DNA from: an uncultured Gemmatimonadales bacterium
Lineage (GTDB): Bacteria > Gemmatimonadota > Gemmatimonadetes > Gemmatimonadales > Gemmatimonadaceae
Assembly (NCBI GenBank): GCA_963701965.1
Contig: OY969695.1
Location: 4,832,001-4,896,000, forward strand
Length of the DNA stretch: 64,000 nucleotides
Reading direction: 5' to 3'
The position numbers and the translations under genes were made by a program. The notes beneath the pieces were generated by a model. That model ran no database searches, had not been told where the DNA came from, and saw only the letters and a list, made by a program, of their open reading frames with translations. This document shows, in pieces, positions 46,563-57,559 of this stretch. Each line of letters begins with the position of its first letter. Position 1 is the first letter of the stretch.

Positions 46563-47752
46563 GTAGCTCGTTGGCCACGCATGACCGCTTTGGCGCCTTT
46601 GGCGGCCGGTACGTCCCGGAGACCCTGATTCCGGCGATCGAGGAGCTGGACCAGGCCTTCGCCGATGCCCTGACGGACCCCGCATTCGTGGCCGAGTGGG
46701 ACGACCTCCTGCGGACCTATGTGGGCCGGCCATCGCCCCTCTCGACCGCCCCCAGGTTTTCCGAGATCGTGGGCGCCCCCGTCTATCTCAAGCGGGAGGA
46801 TCTCAATCACACGGGGGCCCACAAGATCAATAATACGGTCGGCCAAGCCCTGATTGCCCGACGCATGGGGAAACGCCGGATCATCGCCGAAACGGGGGCC
46901 GGCCAACACGGCGTGGCGACGGCCACGATTTGTGCCCGTTTCGGGTTGCAGTGCGTCGTGTACATGGGCGCGGAGGACATGCGCCGCCAGGAACTGAACG
47001 TGTACCGGATGCGGCTGATGGGAGCGTCGGTCATCCCGGTCGAGAGCGGCACGCGCACGCTCAAGGATGCCACTACGGAGGCCATCCGCGACTGGGTCAC
47101 CAACGTCACCGACAGCCATTACATAATTGGATCGGTTGTCGGCCCGGCCCCCTATCCTCGCATGGTGCGTCATTTCCAGTCCGTTATCGGCCGCGAAGCG
47201 CGCGAGCAGATCCTGGCGCGCGCCGGCAGGCTGCCGCGGACCGTGGTGGCCTGCGTCGGCGGCGGCTCCAACGCCATGGGGATCTTCGCGGGCTTCATCG
47301 ACGATGCGGACGTCGAGTTGGTGGGCGTCGAGGCCGCGGGTGAAGGGCTGGACAGCGGCCGTCACTCGGCGTCGCTCTCCCGCGGGACGCCGGGCGTCCT
47401 GCACGGATCCCTGAGCTACCTGCTGCAGGACGCGGCGGGCCAGGTCCACCCGGCCCATTCGATTTCGGCCGGCCTGGACTATCCGGGGGTCGGACCCGAG
47501 CACGCCTATCTCAAGGACAGCGGCCGCGCCCAGTACGTCGCCGTCACCGATACCGCGGCGCTCGAAGGCTTCGCGTTCTTGAGTCGCAACGAAGGGATCA
47601 TCCCGGCGTTGGAGACCGCCCACGCCATCTCTTGGATCACGGCATCGGCCGGGCGCTGGGCGTCCGACGAGCCGGTCCTGCTCTGCGTCAGTGGCCGGGG
47701 CGACAAGGATGTCGCCCAGATCCACCAGACGGGCGCGCTTCGGACGGGATGA
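46559..47752 (+). CDS. trpB: Tryptophan synthase beta subunit
   Basis: [34 protein letters not shown]. Confidence 0.97.
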   Translation: MSSSLATHDRFGAFGGRYVPETLIPAIEELDQAFADALTDPAFVAEWDDLLRTYVGRPSPLSTAPRFSEIVGAPVYLKREDLNHTGAHKINNTVGQALIARRMGKRRIIAETGAGQHGVATATICARFGLQCVVYMGAEDMRRQELNVYRMRLMGASVIPVESGTRTLKDATTEAIRDWVTNVTDSHYIIGSVVGPAPYPRMVRHFQSVIGREAREQILARAGRLPRTVVACVGGGSNAMGIFAGFIDDADVELVGVEAAGEGLDSGRHSASLSRGTPGVLHGSLSYLLQDAAGQVHPAHSISAGLDYPGVGPEHAYLKDSGRAQYVAVTDTAALEGFAFLSRNEGIIPALETAHAISWITASAGRWASDEPVLLCVSGRGDKDVAQIHQTGALRTG

Positions 47753-49464
47753 ACGCGACGTCGGCCGCGGTCAGCGAGGACGAGGACGCGCCGGATACGC
47801 CGTTTCCGCCCGCGCCCATCGAGGAGATGCTCAAGCTCCTCGTCAAGGGTGTGCGCGCGCACCAGCTCTACCTGCACAACAATCCGACGTACATCAAGGC
47901 GTTTGATCTCTTGCGGGCCGGTTTTGCTCCCATCTGGGAGCAGACCGACCACTGCACGCTGACGATCACCGAGCATGCGTTCGTGTGGGAAGGCGCGGTC
48001 GTCCTCGACGAAGCGAACAAGTCGTCGGAAAGCCTGCCCTGGACGTTCTACAAGGACGGCGTTCGCGAGCTGCGCATCGAGAAAGGGTTCGAGGGCAATG
48101 ACCTCGTGGCGTTCCTGGACGTGATCCAGCGGGCGCGGCGGAACCAGGGCGATGAGGACGACATGCTGGTACTGCTCTGGGAGAACGATATGGCCCATCT
48201 GCGGTACCGGTACATCGACATCGGGAACGATACGACCGGCGTTCCCGACTTCTCACCGCAGCCGTCGGAGCCGCGGGCCATCGAGCCGCCGGGGCCGGAC
48301 GATGCGCCGTTGCCCGAGGAGAACCTGCTGGCCTCGCGCCCCGGCACCGTCAATCTCGAGGACTTCGACGCGACGCTCTATTTCCTCGATGAGCACGAGG
48401 TCGAGTATCTCAAGACGGCGGTCGCGCAGGAATACGCCAGCGACCTCCGGGCCAATGTGATCGCGATCCTGCTCGACATTTTCGAGCTGCAGCCGGATCC
48501 CGCGGTCCGGACGGAGATCGCCGAGATTCTCGACAACCTGATGTTGGTGCTGCTGTCGGCGTCGGCATTCCGCTCGGTGGCGTTCCTGATCAAAGAGACG
48601 CGCGACGCGGCGGAACGCGTGGCCGATCTGTCGCCGGAGCACCGCAAGCTGCTGGCGCGCATTCCCGACCGGCTCAGCGACCCGCAGGCCCTGTCGCAGG
48701 TGCTGCAGTCCCTGGACGAGGGGCACGAGCTGCCGCCGCAGGACGACCTCAACGCGCTGTTCGACCAGTTGGGTCCGCAGAGTATGGGGACGGTGTTCGA
48801 TTGGCTGGCACGCGTCGCCAGTCCCAGTCTGCGCACCCTGTTGCAAACGGCCGCCAGCCGCATCGCGGCCACCCACACCGCGGAATTGGTCCGCCTCATC
48901 GGCAACAGCGACCGCGTGGTGGCCATCGAGGCGATCCGCCGCGCTGGCGCGATGCGCAGCGCCGCGGCGGTGGCCCCGCTCGGGAAGCGGACGTCGGATC
49001 ATGATCCGGGGACGCGCCTGCAGGCCGTCCTGGCGCTCGCCGAGATCGGCTCGGCCGGCGCGCTCCAATGGCTGGAGCGGTCCGTCGACGACGCCGACCG
49101 CGATGTGCGGGTCGCCGTCGCCCGCGCTCTGGGTGGCCGCGCCTATCGGCCCGCGTTGCCGCGGTTCGAGGCGGTTGTGAAGAGCAAAGCGATCCGGGAG
49201 GCCGACCTCACGGAACGCATGGCGATGTTCGAGGCCTACGGTGCGCTCGCCGGAGACGCCGGCGTCGTGCTGCTGGACAAGATTCTCAACGAGCGGACGT
49301 TTCTCGGCAAGCGCGAAGATCCCGAGCTGCGCGCCTGCGCCGCGATGGCGCTGGGCCGCATCGGCACCGATCGCGCCACCGAGTCGCTGCGCAAGTCGGT
49401 GAACGAGAAAGAAGTCATCGTGCGCAATGCCGTGAGCAAAGCCCTGCGGGGAGGCCAGACATGA
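47749..49464 (+). CDS. HEAT/PBS-repeat protein
   Basis: C-terminal repeats such as [13 protein letters not shown] and [19 protein letters not shown] overlap with trpB. Confidence 0.82.
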   Translation: MNATSAAVSEDEDAPDTPFPPAPIEEMLKLLVKGVRAHQLYLHNNPTYIKAFDLLRAGFAPIWEQTDHCTLTITEHAFVWEGAVVLDEANKSSESLPWTFYKDGVRELRIEKGFEGNDLVAFLDVIQRARRNQGDEDDMLVLLWENDMAHLRYRYIDIGNDTTGVPDFSPQPSEPRAIEPPGPDDAPLPEENLLASRPGTVNLEDFDATLYFLDEHEVEYLKTAVAQEYASDLRANVIAILLDIFELQPDPAVRTEIAEILDNLMLVLLSASAFRSVAFLIKETRDAAERVADLSPEHRKLLARIPDRLSDPQALSQVLQSLDEGHELPPQDDLNALFDQLGPQSMGTVFDWLARVASPSLRTLLQTAASRIAATHTAELVRLIGNSDRVVAIEAIRRAGAMRSAAAVAPLGKRTSDHDPGTRLQAVLALAEIGSAGALQWLERSVDDADRDVRVAVARALGGRAYRPALPRFEAVVKSKAIREADLTERMAMFEAYGALAGDAGVVLLDKILNERTFLGKREDPELRACAAMALGRIGTDRATESLRKSVNEKEVIVRNAVSKALRGGQT

Positions 49465-50954
49465 CGGCCGGTGCCAAGCCCGCGGCGCCTCGCGCCCGCG
49501 AGGGCGTGTCCAACCCGCATCGCAACGAAGCCAGTAGCGACGCCGCGATCCGCCGGAGCGGCCGCGCGTTCATCGTCACGTTCTACGGGGCGCTCCGGGC
49601 CATCAAGCTCTATCCGCTGGAGAACGACGCCGTCCAGAAGGCGCTCGAGGATCTGACGCACGCCAGCCGCACACTCCTCGGCCAGGAGAAAGAGCTCGAG
49701 TTTCGGGCCAGCGGAGAGTTCATCTTCATCAATGCCACGCGGCTCCGCCTCGACGTCGACAACTACACGAGCTTCAGCAACCTGCTGTCGCTGTTCCGCG
49801 CCAGCGGCATCGGCTCGCTGCGGGTGCTCGATGGCGTCACGCCCCGCGACTGGATGGTCCTCCTCTCCCTCCTCCAGGCGCCGGGAGCTGACGGGCCGGA
49901 GGAACGATACTTTCAGCTGTCGGGGAAGCTGGAGCAGGCGCGCGTCGCCACCTTCGAGTTCGGACCGCCGCTCGACGCCGATCTGGACGCCCAGACGCAG
50001 GAGCAGGTGCGGGAGGCGGCGAAGCGGACGTACAAGCAATCGGTCGCCGTTACTAAAGAGTGCATCAACTCGGTGCGCTTGGGGAAAGCGCCCAACGTCA
50101 AGAAGCTCAAGCGCGTGGTACAGGGCATCGTCGACGCCATCCTGAACGACGAAACATCACTCTTCGGCCTGACCACGATCCGGGATTATGACGAGTACAC
50201 GTTCACGCACAGCGTCAACGTGTGTATCTTCTCAGTCGCCCTCGGCCGGCGGCTGGGGCTGGGCAAGCTCGAGTTGTACGACCTGGGACTGGCGGCGTTG
50301 TTTCACGACATTGGCAAGGCGCGCGTCCCGGTGGACGTGCTCAACAAGGCCGACGGACTGTCCGAGGAAGAGTGGCGGCTCATCACCAATCACCCGTGGC
50401 TTGGCGTGCTCTCCTTGTTCCGCATGCGCGGGTCGCAAGACCTGCCGTACCGGTCAATGGTGGTGGCATACGAGCACCACATGAAGTGCGATCTCTCGGG
50501 ATATCCGAAATCGGTGCGCCCGCGCGAGATGAGCATCTTCAGCAAGATCGTGGCGGTCGCCGACGGGTTCGATGCCGCCACCTCGCGCCGCACGTATCAG
50601 ACGGATCCGATGTCGCCGGCGTCGGTGTTGCAGGAGATGCGGGACAATCCGCGGCGGGGCATGGATTCGGTGGTCGTGAAGGCGTTCATCAACCTGCTCG
50701 GCCTCTACCCCGTGGGCACGCTGGTCGTGTTGGATACGTTCGAGTTGGGGATCGTGCACGCCGCGAACCCCAACCCCGAGATCATGTCGCGCCCGATCGT
50801 GCGCGTGGTCAGCGACCCGCAAGGCAATATCTTGTTCCCTGGGAGTTTGATCGATATGGCGGAGAAAACCGCCGCCGGCGTGTTCGCACGGACGATCATC
50901 AAAACGGCTGACCCTGAGCGATACGGCATCACGATTGGCGACTACTTCACCTGA
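49461..50954 (+). CDS. HD-GYP domain protein (cyclic dinucleotide phosphodiesterase family)
   Basis: YTFTHSVNV, HDIGK, HH-x-SGYP, VADGFDA. Confidence 0.88.
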   Translation: MTAGAKPAAPRAREGVSNPHRNEASSDAAIRRSGRAFIVTFYGALRAIKLYPLENDAVQKALEDLTHASRTLLGQEKELEFRASGEFIFINATRLRLDVDNYTSFSNLLSLFRASGIGSLRVLDGVTPRDWMVLLSLLQAPGADGPEERYFQLSGKLEQARVATFEFGPPLDADLDAQTQEQVREAAKRTYKQSVAVTKECINSVRLGKAPNVKKLKRVVQGIVDAILNDETSLFGLTTIRDYDEYTFTHSVNVCIFSVALGRRLGLGKLELYDLGLAALFHDIGKARVPVDVLNKADGLSEEEWRLITNHPWLGVLSLFRMRGSQDLPYRSMVVAYEHHMKCDLSGYPKSVRPREMSIFSKIVAVADGFDAATSRRTYQTDPMSPASVLQEMRDNPRRGMDSVVVKAFINLLGLYPVGTLVVLDTFELGIVHAANPNPEIMSRPIVRVVSDPQGNILFPGSLIDMAEKTAAGVFARTIIKTADPERYGITIGDYFT

Positions 50955-51738
50955 CGGCACCCCCCGCGCGCTGAGCCAGCGCTTCACCGCGCTGCGCGCG
51001 CGCGGCGCCAAGGCGCTCGTCTGCTACATCACGGCCGGACACCCGGACCCCGCCCGGTCGCTCGAACTGCTTCGATCGCTGGAAGACGCGGGCGCTGACG
51101 TGGTCGAGCTGGGCGTGCCGTTCTCCGATCCACTCGCCGACGGCCCGGTCATTCAAGCGAGCTCGCAGCGCGCCCTGGATCAGGGGATGACCTACGACCG
51201 CGCGCTCGACCTGATCGACCGCGCCCGCCCCAAGATTCCCGTCGTTCTGTTCTCCTATCTCAACCCGGTCATGGCCGCCGGTGCGGACGCGCTGACGCGG
51301 GCCGCGGCTGCGGGCGCGTCGGGCGTCCTCATCACCGATCTTCCCGTTGGGGCGGACCCCGAGCGCGAGGCTTGGCTGGGCGACGGTCCGCTGGATTTCG
51401 TCCGGCTGGTGGCGCCGACCACGCCGCGCGACCGGATGGCCGAGATCGGGCGCCACGGCCGGGGATTCGTGTACTTGATCAGCCGTTTGGGGGTGACCGG
51501 CGCCCGGGCCGAGCTCCCAGCGGACCTGCCGGCCACCATCGACCGGCTGCGCTCGGCCACCACCTTGCCCATCTGCGTCGGGTTCGGGATCTCGCGCCCG
51601 GAACACGCGTCGGCCGTAGGGTCCCGGGCCGACGGGGTCGTGGTCGGCAGCGCACTGGTCTCGGCCGCAGAGACGGGCGTGCCGGCCGCCCTCGACCTGG
51701 TTCGCCAGCTCCGCACGGGTCTCGACGTTACGACGTAA
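50935..51738 (+). CDS. trpA: Tryptophan synthase alpha subunit
   Basis: [31 protein letters not shown]. Confidence 0.96.
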   Translation: MATTSPDGTPRALSQRFTALRARGAKALVCYITAGHPDPARSLELLRSLEDAGADVVELGVPFSDPLADGPVIQASSQRALDQGMTYDRALDLIDRARPKIPVVLFSYLNPVMAAGADALTRAAAAGASGVLITDLPVGADPEREAWLGDGPLDFVRLVAPTTPRDRMAEIGRHGRGFVYLISRLGVTGARAELPADLPATIDRLRSATTLPICVGFGISRPEHASAVGSRADGVVVGSALVSAAETGVPAALDLVRQLRTGLDVTT

Positions 51739-51751
51739 TGGCCCCGCGCGT

Positions 51752-53830
51752 GTGTCAGGCGTGGGAACATTTCTTCGACGATATACCCGGGCGGTCGGAC
51801 TCTGCGGATCGCTCCTTCTGATCGCGGCCCTGACCGGCGACCGGTCCTGGAGCGCGCGCGTCCCGGCCATCCTCATTCTGGCCGCGCTGACGGTCGCCTT
51901 TCGCGTCGGGCAGATCCCGCTCACGAAATACTCGGCGGTGAACCTGCTGAGCACCGTGGCGGTCGGCGGCGCGCTGCTGGTCGGCGCGCCGGCCACCGCC
52001 CTGGCCCTGTATATCGGGGTGATGGTGGGCGACCTGCTGGTGCTCCGGAAGACGTTCGAGTTCGCGTGGATCAATGCCGGCCGGGAAGTCGTGGCGCTCA
52101 TCTCCGCCTTTGGGTTCTACGAGGCGGTCATGACGCACCTGGGCGCCCGGGCGCTCTCGGCCGACACGGTGCCCGCGGCCGCCTTGTTCGCGGTGATGTA
52201 CTTCACGCTCAGCCGGGCGCTGCTCTACTTCACGCTGCTGCTCCGCGACAAGCTGCTGGCCGACGAGTTGAGCCTCATCATCCGCTACGAGATGATCGCG
52301 TTCGGCGCCGGGATCGGGGGCGCCGGCGCGGCGTTGATCTCCATCGGGACGTACGGGTTCGGCGCGTGGCCGATGCTCATGGTGCTGGGCATCGGGGGCT
52401 ATGTGCTGAAGCGCGTGCTGGCGGAGTCGATCGCGGCCGAGGAGATGAACAACATTCACGCGGTCGATGAGGTGGTCACGGCCGATGTGGGATTGGCCGA
52501 AGCGTTCAACTGGATCGAGCGGCTGGCGCACCGGCTCGTGGATTGGGGGAGTCTCCGCATCTTCCGCCTGGGGCCGGATGGTCTGCGCCTGGTCTGGCGT
52601 TCTGGTGAAGGCCTCTTGAGCGAGCCGGAGCTGCCGGGGCCGGAAGGGGCCATGCTGCGGCGGCTGGCCATGGACACCGGGCGGCCGTGCGTGGTGATCG
52701 ACGCGTTGCGTGACCGACGGGTCGAGAACGCCCTGCCGGGGGCACGGAGCGGCATCGTGCTGCCGCTCCGGTTTGGGGAGCGCAAGGTCGGTCTCTTGGA
52801 AATCGACCATCACAAGCGGGCGGCGTACGGGCAAAAGGAAGTGGCGCTGGTGCAGCGCTTCGCCAATCAGCTGGCCACCACGCTGCACATCCACGACTTG
52901 CGCCGGCCGCTCATCGACGCGGTCACCAGTGTCGACCTGCAAGTGCGGACGCTCGGGGATTCGGCGCGGCTGCTCCGTGGGGGCGGCGAGGGCGTCGCGC
53001 GGCACATCGCCGACATCTCTCGCGGGATGGTCGCCGAGAGCGAGGAACTGGAGCGCAGTCTCGCCGTCACCCGGTCGCTCTACGACGCCACATCCGGTGT
53101 CGCGCGCGACGGCAACGCGGCGGCGGAGGCGAGCCGCCAGGCGACCGAGGTAGCCGGGAGGAACCGGAAGACGATCGCCGGCGCCATCGAGCGGCTGGTC
53201 GACGCCAAGGGCTTCGTGGGCGAGAGCAGTATGCGCATCGACGAGTTGACGCGGACGACGAAAGCGGTGACGGACTGCATCGCGTTGATCCGCGAAGTCG
53301 CCGAGCATACGGATTTGCTGGCCCTCAACGCGGCCATCGAGGCGGCCCGCGCGGGGGAGCGTGGGCGGGGATTCGCGGTGGTCGCCGATGAGGTCCGGAA
53401 GCTCGCCGAGCGCAGCGCCGGGGCGTCGGCCGAGGCTAACGAGATCATCCTCGGGTTCGAGGAGCAGATGCGGCGGGTGGCCGAGCAGATGGAGCGCGGG
53501 CGCGCCATTGTCGGCGACGTGGAGACCCTGTCCGAGACGGCGCTCGGCGCGCTCGACGTCATCGTCGCCTCGACCGCGACCAGCGCCGACCACGCCCAGC
53601 GCATCGCGCGCGTCAGTCGCGATCAGGAGCAGGAGTTCGCGCGGCTCCGCGAGCGCGTCGGGCGGATCGTCGAGATCGCCCAGCGCAACCGGACGGGCGC
53701 CGAGAACGTGGCCGCCTCGGCGCGCGACCAGGCAGCCGCACTGGTCGAGCTGGAAGGCGTCACGCGCGAGCTCCGCACAGTCGCCGGCTATCTCGGCGAG
53801 GTCTCCCGGCGAATTACCAACGCCGCCTAG
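51752..53830 (+). CDS. Chemoreceptor with polytopic membrane N-terminus and cytoplasmic GAF
   Basis: About 7 hydrophobic segments, GAF ([17 protein letters not shown]), [31 protein letters not shown]. Confidence 0.88.
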   Translation: MSGVGTFLRRYTRAVGLCGSLLLIAALTGDRSWSARVPAILILAALTVAFRVGQIPLTKYSAVNLLSTVAVGGALLVGAPATALALYIGVMVGDLLVLRKTFEFAWINAGREVVALISAFGFYEAVMTHLGARALSADTVPAAALFAVMYFTLSRALLYFTLLLRDKLLADELSLIIRYEMIAFGAGIGGAGAALISIGTYGFGAWPMLMVLGIGGYVLKRVLAESIAAEEMNNIHAVDEVVTADVGLAEAFNWIERLAHRLVDWGSLRIFRLGPDGLRLVWRSGEGLLSEPELPGPEGAMLRRLAMDTGRPCVVIDALRDRRVENALPGARSGIVLPLRFGERKVGLLEIDHHKRAAYGQKEVALVQRFANQLATTLHIHDLRRPLIDAVTSVDLQVRTLGDSARLLRGGGEGVARHIADISRGMVAESEELERSLAVTRSLYDATSGVARDGNAAAEASRQATEVAGRNRKTIAGAIERLVDAKGFVGESSMRIDELTRTTKAVTDCIALIREVAEHTDLLALNAAIEAARAGERGRGFAVVADEVRKLAERSAGASAEANEIILGFEEQMRRVAEQMERGRAIVGDVETLSETALGALDVIVASTATSADHAQRIARVSRDQEQEFARLRERVGRIVEIAQRNRTGAENVAASARDQAAALVELEGVTRELRTVAGYLGEVSRRITNAA

Positions 53831-53868
53831 CGGCGCTGCGCGCCGGCTGGCGCCGGTTGCGCGCCGCG

Positions 53869-54170
53869 GATCACCAACGCTCACATAGCGGCGCTCGCCG
53901 CCGGCAGCGAGGGTGCGTTGCTCTGGGACAAATCATCATCCTGCCTACGACGATAGTCCTGCGACCTACCAGGGACATTGTGGGTTTCGCGTCAGATCCC
54001 GGTGGTGACGTACCGGTACCAAGATCACCAACCCGGCCTCGCGGCGCTTCGCGCCGCCGGCGTGCCTGGGTCGCTCTGATATGCGTCCGCCAGGTTGCCA
54101 CAACAGCAGGCGGTGCGACCTACCACGCGCGTTGTGGGTTTTACGTTAGATTCCGGTGGTGACGCACCGG
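53869..54170 (+). repeat. Degenerate tandem duplication, period 154 bp
   Basis: GATCACCAAC at 53869/54023; TGCGACCTACCA...TTGTGGGTTT...CCGGTGGTGACG.ACCGG at 53960/54114. Confidence 0.8.
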
Positions 54171-54515
54171 CAGACGGTCACCCTTCGCAACATGCGGTTT
54201 CATGCCGTCATCGGCATTCTGCCGCACGAGATCGAGCTGCCACAGCCCGTCGAGATCGATCTCACCGTGTGGCGCGACGCGAACGGGTCGGCGGAGCCGA
54301 TCGACTATCGCCTGATGTACGACGCGGTGCACGCGGGGATCGGCGGCCCGGGTCGGGGCCCGTATCTCGAGGACGTGGCCGAGCGGGTGGCCGGTCTCGC
54401 GCTGGATCTGAGCGGCGTGGAGGGGGTGCGGGTCGCCGTGCGCAAGCCGCACGTGCCGCTGCCCGGCCCGTTGGACTACGCCGAGGTGGTCGTGGAGCGT
54501 CACGGCGATGCCTGA
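54156..54515 (+). CDS. folB: Dihydroneopterin aldolase
   Basis: HAVIGILPHE, Q-x-x-EIDL, IDY, LE-x-x-AE, VRKP. Confidence 0.88.
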   Translation: MVTHRQTVTLRNMRFHAVIGILPHEIELPQPVEIDLTVWRDANGSAEPIDYRLMYDAVHAGIGGPGRGPYLEDVAERVAGLALDLSGVEGVRVAVRKPHVPLPGPLDYAEVVVERHGDA

Positions 54516-54924
54516 GCTGGCGTTCGTGGCGCTGGGCTCGAACCTGGGCGACCGCGACGCCTACCTCGCCGCGGCGCGCCGCGCGCTGGCGGCCTTGGAT
54601 GGGACGCGCCTCGTCGCCGAGAGCGACGTCGAAGAGACCGCGCCCATAGGCCCCGACGGCCAGAGGCCCTATCTCAACCAGATGGTCGCCCTGGAGACCA
54701 CCCTGACGCCACACGCCCTGCTCACCCAACTGCAGGCGATCGAACGCGCCAACGGTCGCGTGCGCGCCGAGCACTGGGGTCCGCGGACCCTCGACCTCGA
54801 CATCGTCCGCTTCGGCGAGCGGACGATTCGCGACCCCGATCTCGTCGTCCCTCACCCGGAGCTTCCCCATCGCGACTTCTGGCAGCGCGAGCTGTCCCAG
54901 TTGCGCGCCGGGACCGCGCCATGA
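54508..54924 (+). CDS. folK: 6-hydroxymethyl-7,8-dihydropterin pyrophosphokinase
   Basis: ALGSNLGDR, YLNQ, WGPRTLDLDI, PHP. Confidence 0.95.
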   Translation: MPELAFVALGSNLGDRDAYLAAARRALAALDGTRLVAESDVEETAPIGPDGQRPYLNQMVALETTLTPHALLTQLQAIERANGRVRAEHWGPRTLDLDIVRFGERTIRDPDLVVPHPELPHRDFWQRELSQLRAGTAP

Positions 54925-55766
54925 GTATCCATTCGTCTCCCCCCTCGCCCGCACTGAACGGCCGTGCGACCCGCACCACGGTCGCCGCTTTCGTGGGCAA
55001 ACGCGCCCGCGGCGAGCGGTTGGTGGTCGTGACCGCCTACGACGCGATGTTCGCCCGCCTGGTCGATGAAGCGGATGTCGACGCGATTCTCGTCGGCGAC
55101 TCGGTGGGTAACGTCGTCGCCGGGTTCGACAGCACGATCCCGGTGACGCTCGACCAGATGATCTACCACGCCTCGGCCGTCCGCCGCGGCTCGTCGCGGG
55201 CGCTCCTGATCGTCGACATGCCGTTTCTCACCTACCAGGTGACCATCGAGCGCGCCTTGTTGAACTGCGGCCGCGTGGTGCAGGAGACCGGCGCCCAGGC
55301 CCTCAAGATCGAGGGCCACTCGCCGGAGATCATCGCGACGGTCGAAGCGCTGGTGCGCGTCGGCATTCCCATCATGGCCCACATCGGCTACACCCCGCAG
55401 TCGGTGAACGCGCTGAGCGGCCCCCGGGTCCAAGCGCGCCAGGCCAATGCGGCGACGCGCCTGGTCGACGCGGCAAAACGGCTGGAGGAGGCGGGCGCCT
55501 TTTCGGTCCTCATCGAGTTGGTGCCCGCCGACGTCGCCGCCCGGATCACCGAAGCGGTCAGCGTGCCGACGATCGGCATCGGCGCCGGCCCGGAGTGCTC
55601 GGGCCAGGTGCTCGTGCTGCACGATCTGTTGGGACTCAACGACGCGTTCACGCCGCGATTCCTCAAACGGTACGCGACGATGGCCGACGACGTGCGGGGC
55701 GCCATTCGGGCCTTTGGCGCCGACGTGCGATCCGGCGCGTACCCGGACTCCGCCCACAGCTTCTGA
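54921..55766 (+). CDS. panB: 3-methyl-2-oxobutanoate hydroxymethyltransferase
   Basis: TAYD, LVGDS, DMPF, KIEG, GIGAG. Confidence 0.96.
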   Translation: MSIHSSPPSPALNGRATRTTVAAFVGKRARGERLVVVTAYDAMFARLVDEADVDAILVGDSVGNVVAGFDSTIPVTLDQMIYHASAVRRGSSRALLIVDMPFLTYQVTIERALLNCGRVVQETGAQALKIEGHSPEIIATVEALVRVGIPIMAHIGYTPQSVNALSGPRVQARQANAATRLVDAAKRLEEAGAFSVLIELVPADVAARITEAVSVPTIGIGAGPECSGQVLVLHDLLGLNDAFTPRFLKRYATMADDVRGAIRAFGADVRSGAYPDSAHSF

Positions 55767-55776
55767 TCCCGATCGC

Positions 55777-56622
55777 GTGGACGTCCTGACCCGCGTCGCC
55801 GAACTGCGCGCGGTGTTGGCCGCGGCGCGCGCGCGCGGCGCATCGGTCGGATTCGTTCCGACCATGGGCAGCCTGCACGCCGGTCATCTGTCGCTCATCG
55901 ACGCCGCCCGCGCCGCCACGTCGGGCGTGGTCATGAGTCTCTTCGTGAATCCGTTGCAGTTCGCGCCCACCGAGGACTTCGGGGCCTATCCCCGCGACGC
56001 CGACGGCGATCGCGCCAAGGCCGCGGCGCGGGGCGTCGACTGGCTGTTCGCGCCCGTCCCCGAGGAGATGTATCCCGCCAGGCGCGGCATTCCCGTGCGC
56101 GTGACGCCGGAGCTCGTGCCGCCGCGCTGGGAGGCGGCGAGCCGCCCCGGGCACTTCGAGGGTGTGCTCACCGTCGTTGCCAAGCTGTTCAACATGGTGC
56201 GGCCCGACGTCGCCGTCTTTGGCCAAAAGGACATCCAGCAGGTGAGCATGGTGCGCGCAATGGTGCGCGCATTGGACTTTCCCGTGGAGCTGATCGTGGC
56301 CCCCATTGTTCGGGAACCCGACGGGCTGGCGATGTCCAGCCGCAACATTTATCTCAGCGCCGACGAGCGCGCGCGCGCCCTGGTGCTCTCCCGGTCGTTG
56401 CGCGCGGCGCGCGACGCGTGGCAGGCTGGCGAGCGCCGCGGGCCGGAGCTCGAGGACATTGGTCGCCGCGTGCTCGCCGAGACGCCGGGCCTGGCGCTCG
56501 ACTATTTCGCGGTCGTCGAGCCCGACCGCCTCGATCCGGCGCCGGTCGCCGAGGCTGGGTCGATCATCATGGTCACCGCGCGCGTCGGGCGCACGCGGCT
56601 CCTGGACAACGTGATCCTGTGA
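55777..56622 (+). CDS. panC: Pantoate--beta-alanine ligase
   Basis: PTMGSLHAGH, VNPLQF, FGQKD, GLAMSSRN, RLLDN; GTG 55777. Confidence 0.96.
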   Translation: MDVLTRVAELRAVLAAARARGASVGFVPTMGSLHAGHLSLIDAARAATSGVVMSLFVNPLQFAPTEDFGAYPRDADGDRAKAAARGVDWLFAPVPEEMYPARRGIPVRVTPELVPPRWEAASRPGHFEGVLTVVAKLFNMVRPDVAVFGQKDIQQVSMVRAMVRALDFPVELIVAPIVREPDGLAMSSRNIYLSADERARALVLSRSLRAARDAWQAGERRGPELEDIGRRVLAETPGLALDYFAVVEPDRLDPAPVAEAGSIIMVTARVGRTRLLDNVIL

Positions 56623-57167
56623 GTCCCCGTACCGCGATCAACTTGCCGTCGTGGGCCCAGGCCAGCGACAAGCGGCGCCAGCACATTGCGCGCGTCACGG
56701 CCCTGCTCGAGGACTGGGCGGAGGCGCTCGACGTCGAGAAAGCGGAACGCAAAGCGTGGTGCGACGCGGGACGCTTTCACGATGCGCTCCGCGATGCGCC
56801 GGACAGCCTGCTCCGGAAGCTGGCCCGGAACACGAAGATCGGAGAGGTGAACGTGTTGCACGGCCCGGCGGCGGCCGCGCGGCTGGTCGCCGGCGGCGAA
56901 ACGCGCCGGTCGGTCATCGAGGCCGTGCGATGGCACACCCTGGGGTGGGCCCGTTGGGACCGCGTCGGCCGCGCGCTGTACATGGCCGATTTCCTGGAGC
57001 CCGGGCGATCCTTCGCCAGCGCCGATCGCGCGTACCTGGCGCAACAAGTGCCGCACGATTTCAACGGGACTTTCCGGCAAGTGGTCCGGCTCCGGTTGGA
57101 GTGGACCCTTCGCGATGGCAAGGCCATTCACGTGCAGACCGCGGCGCTGTGGAACTCCGTTCGCTGA
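56619..57167 (+). CDS. YqeK-like HD hydrolase (Ap4A hydrolase family)
   Basis: H..V, HD, LHGPAAA, WHT, YMADFLEPGR. Confidence 0.8.
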   Translation: MSPRTAINLPSWAQASDKRRQHIARVTALLEDWAEALDVEKAERKAWCDAGRFHDALRDAPDSLLRKLARNTKIGEVNVLHGPAAAARLVAGGETRRSVIEAVRWHTLGWARWDRVGRALYMADFLEPGRSFASADRAYLAQQVPHDFNGTFRQVVRLRLEWTLRDGKAIHVQTAALWNSVR

Positions 57168-57559
57168 TCGCCGTGGCCTTCTTGGCCTGCGCCGCCGGCG
57201 CGTGCCGCAAAGCGGTGTCCGGCTCGCCGCGCCAGGCGGCGAGCGGCGTCATTGTCGCCCCGACCGAGCGGGTGCGCGTCGAAGTGCTCAACGCGACACA
57301 CGTGCACGGGCTGGCCCGCCGCGCGACGCGGTATCTCCGTGATCGTGGTTTCGATGTCGTGTCGTCCGGAACGACGAAAGAGCAGCGCGACACGACGCTG
57401 GTGCTGGATCGGGCGAACCACCCCGTGTGGGCGGGCCGCGTGGCGCGCGCCTTCGGTGGTGCGCGCGTCGAGTCGCGTCCCGATACGCTACGCTACGTGG
57501 ACGTCACGGTCTTGCTCGGCGCCACGTGGCGCCCGCCGGCCGAGCCGTTCTACCCGTAA
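57149..57559 (+). CDS. LytR C-terminal domain protein (possible lipoprotein)
   Basis: VRVEVLNAT, GLARRA, LRDRGFDV, VTVLLG; AGAC lipobox-like. Confidence 0.8.
   Translation: MELRSLIAVAFLACAAGACRKAVSGSPRQAASGVIVAPTERVRVEVLNATHVHGLARRATRYLRDRGFDVVSSGTTKEQRDTTLVLDRANHPVWAGRVARAFGGARVESRPDTLRYVDVTVLLGATWRPPAEPFYP

Noticed and set aside
45830..47752. 640-aa TrpF-TrpB fusion ORF
   Set aside because: Removing one A at 46520-21 gives a normal TrpF C-terminus and an ATGA overlap with trpB; same context as two other frameshifts
54145..54151. GTTAGAT resembling an integron attC core
   Set aside because: No inverse core site, cassette array or integron integrase
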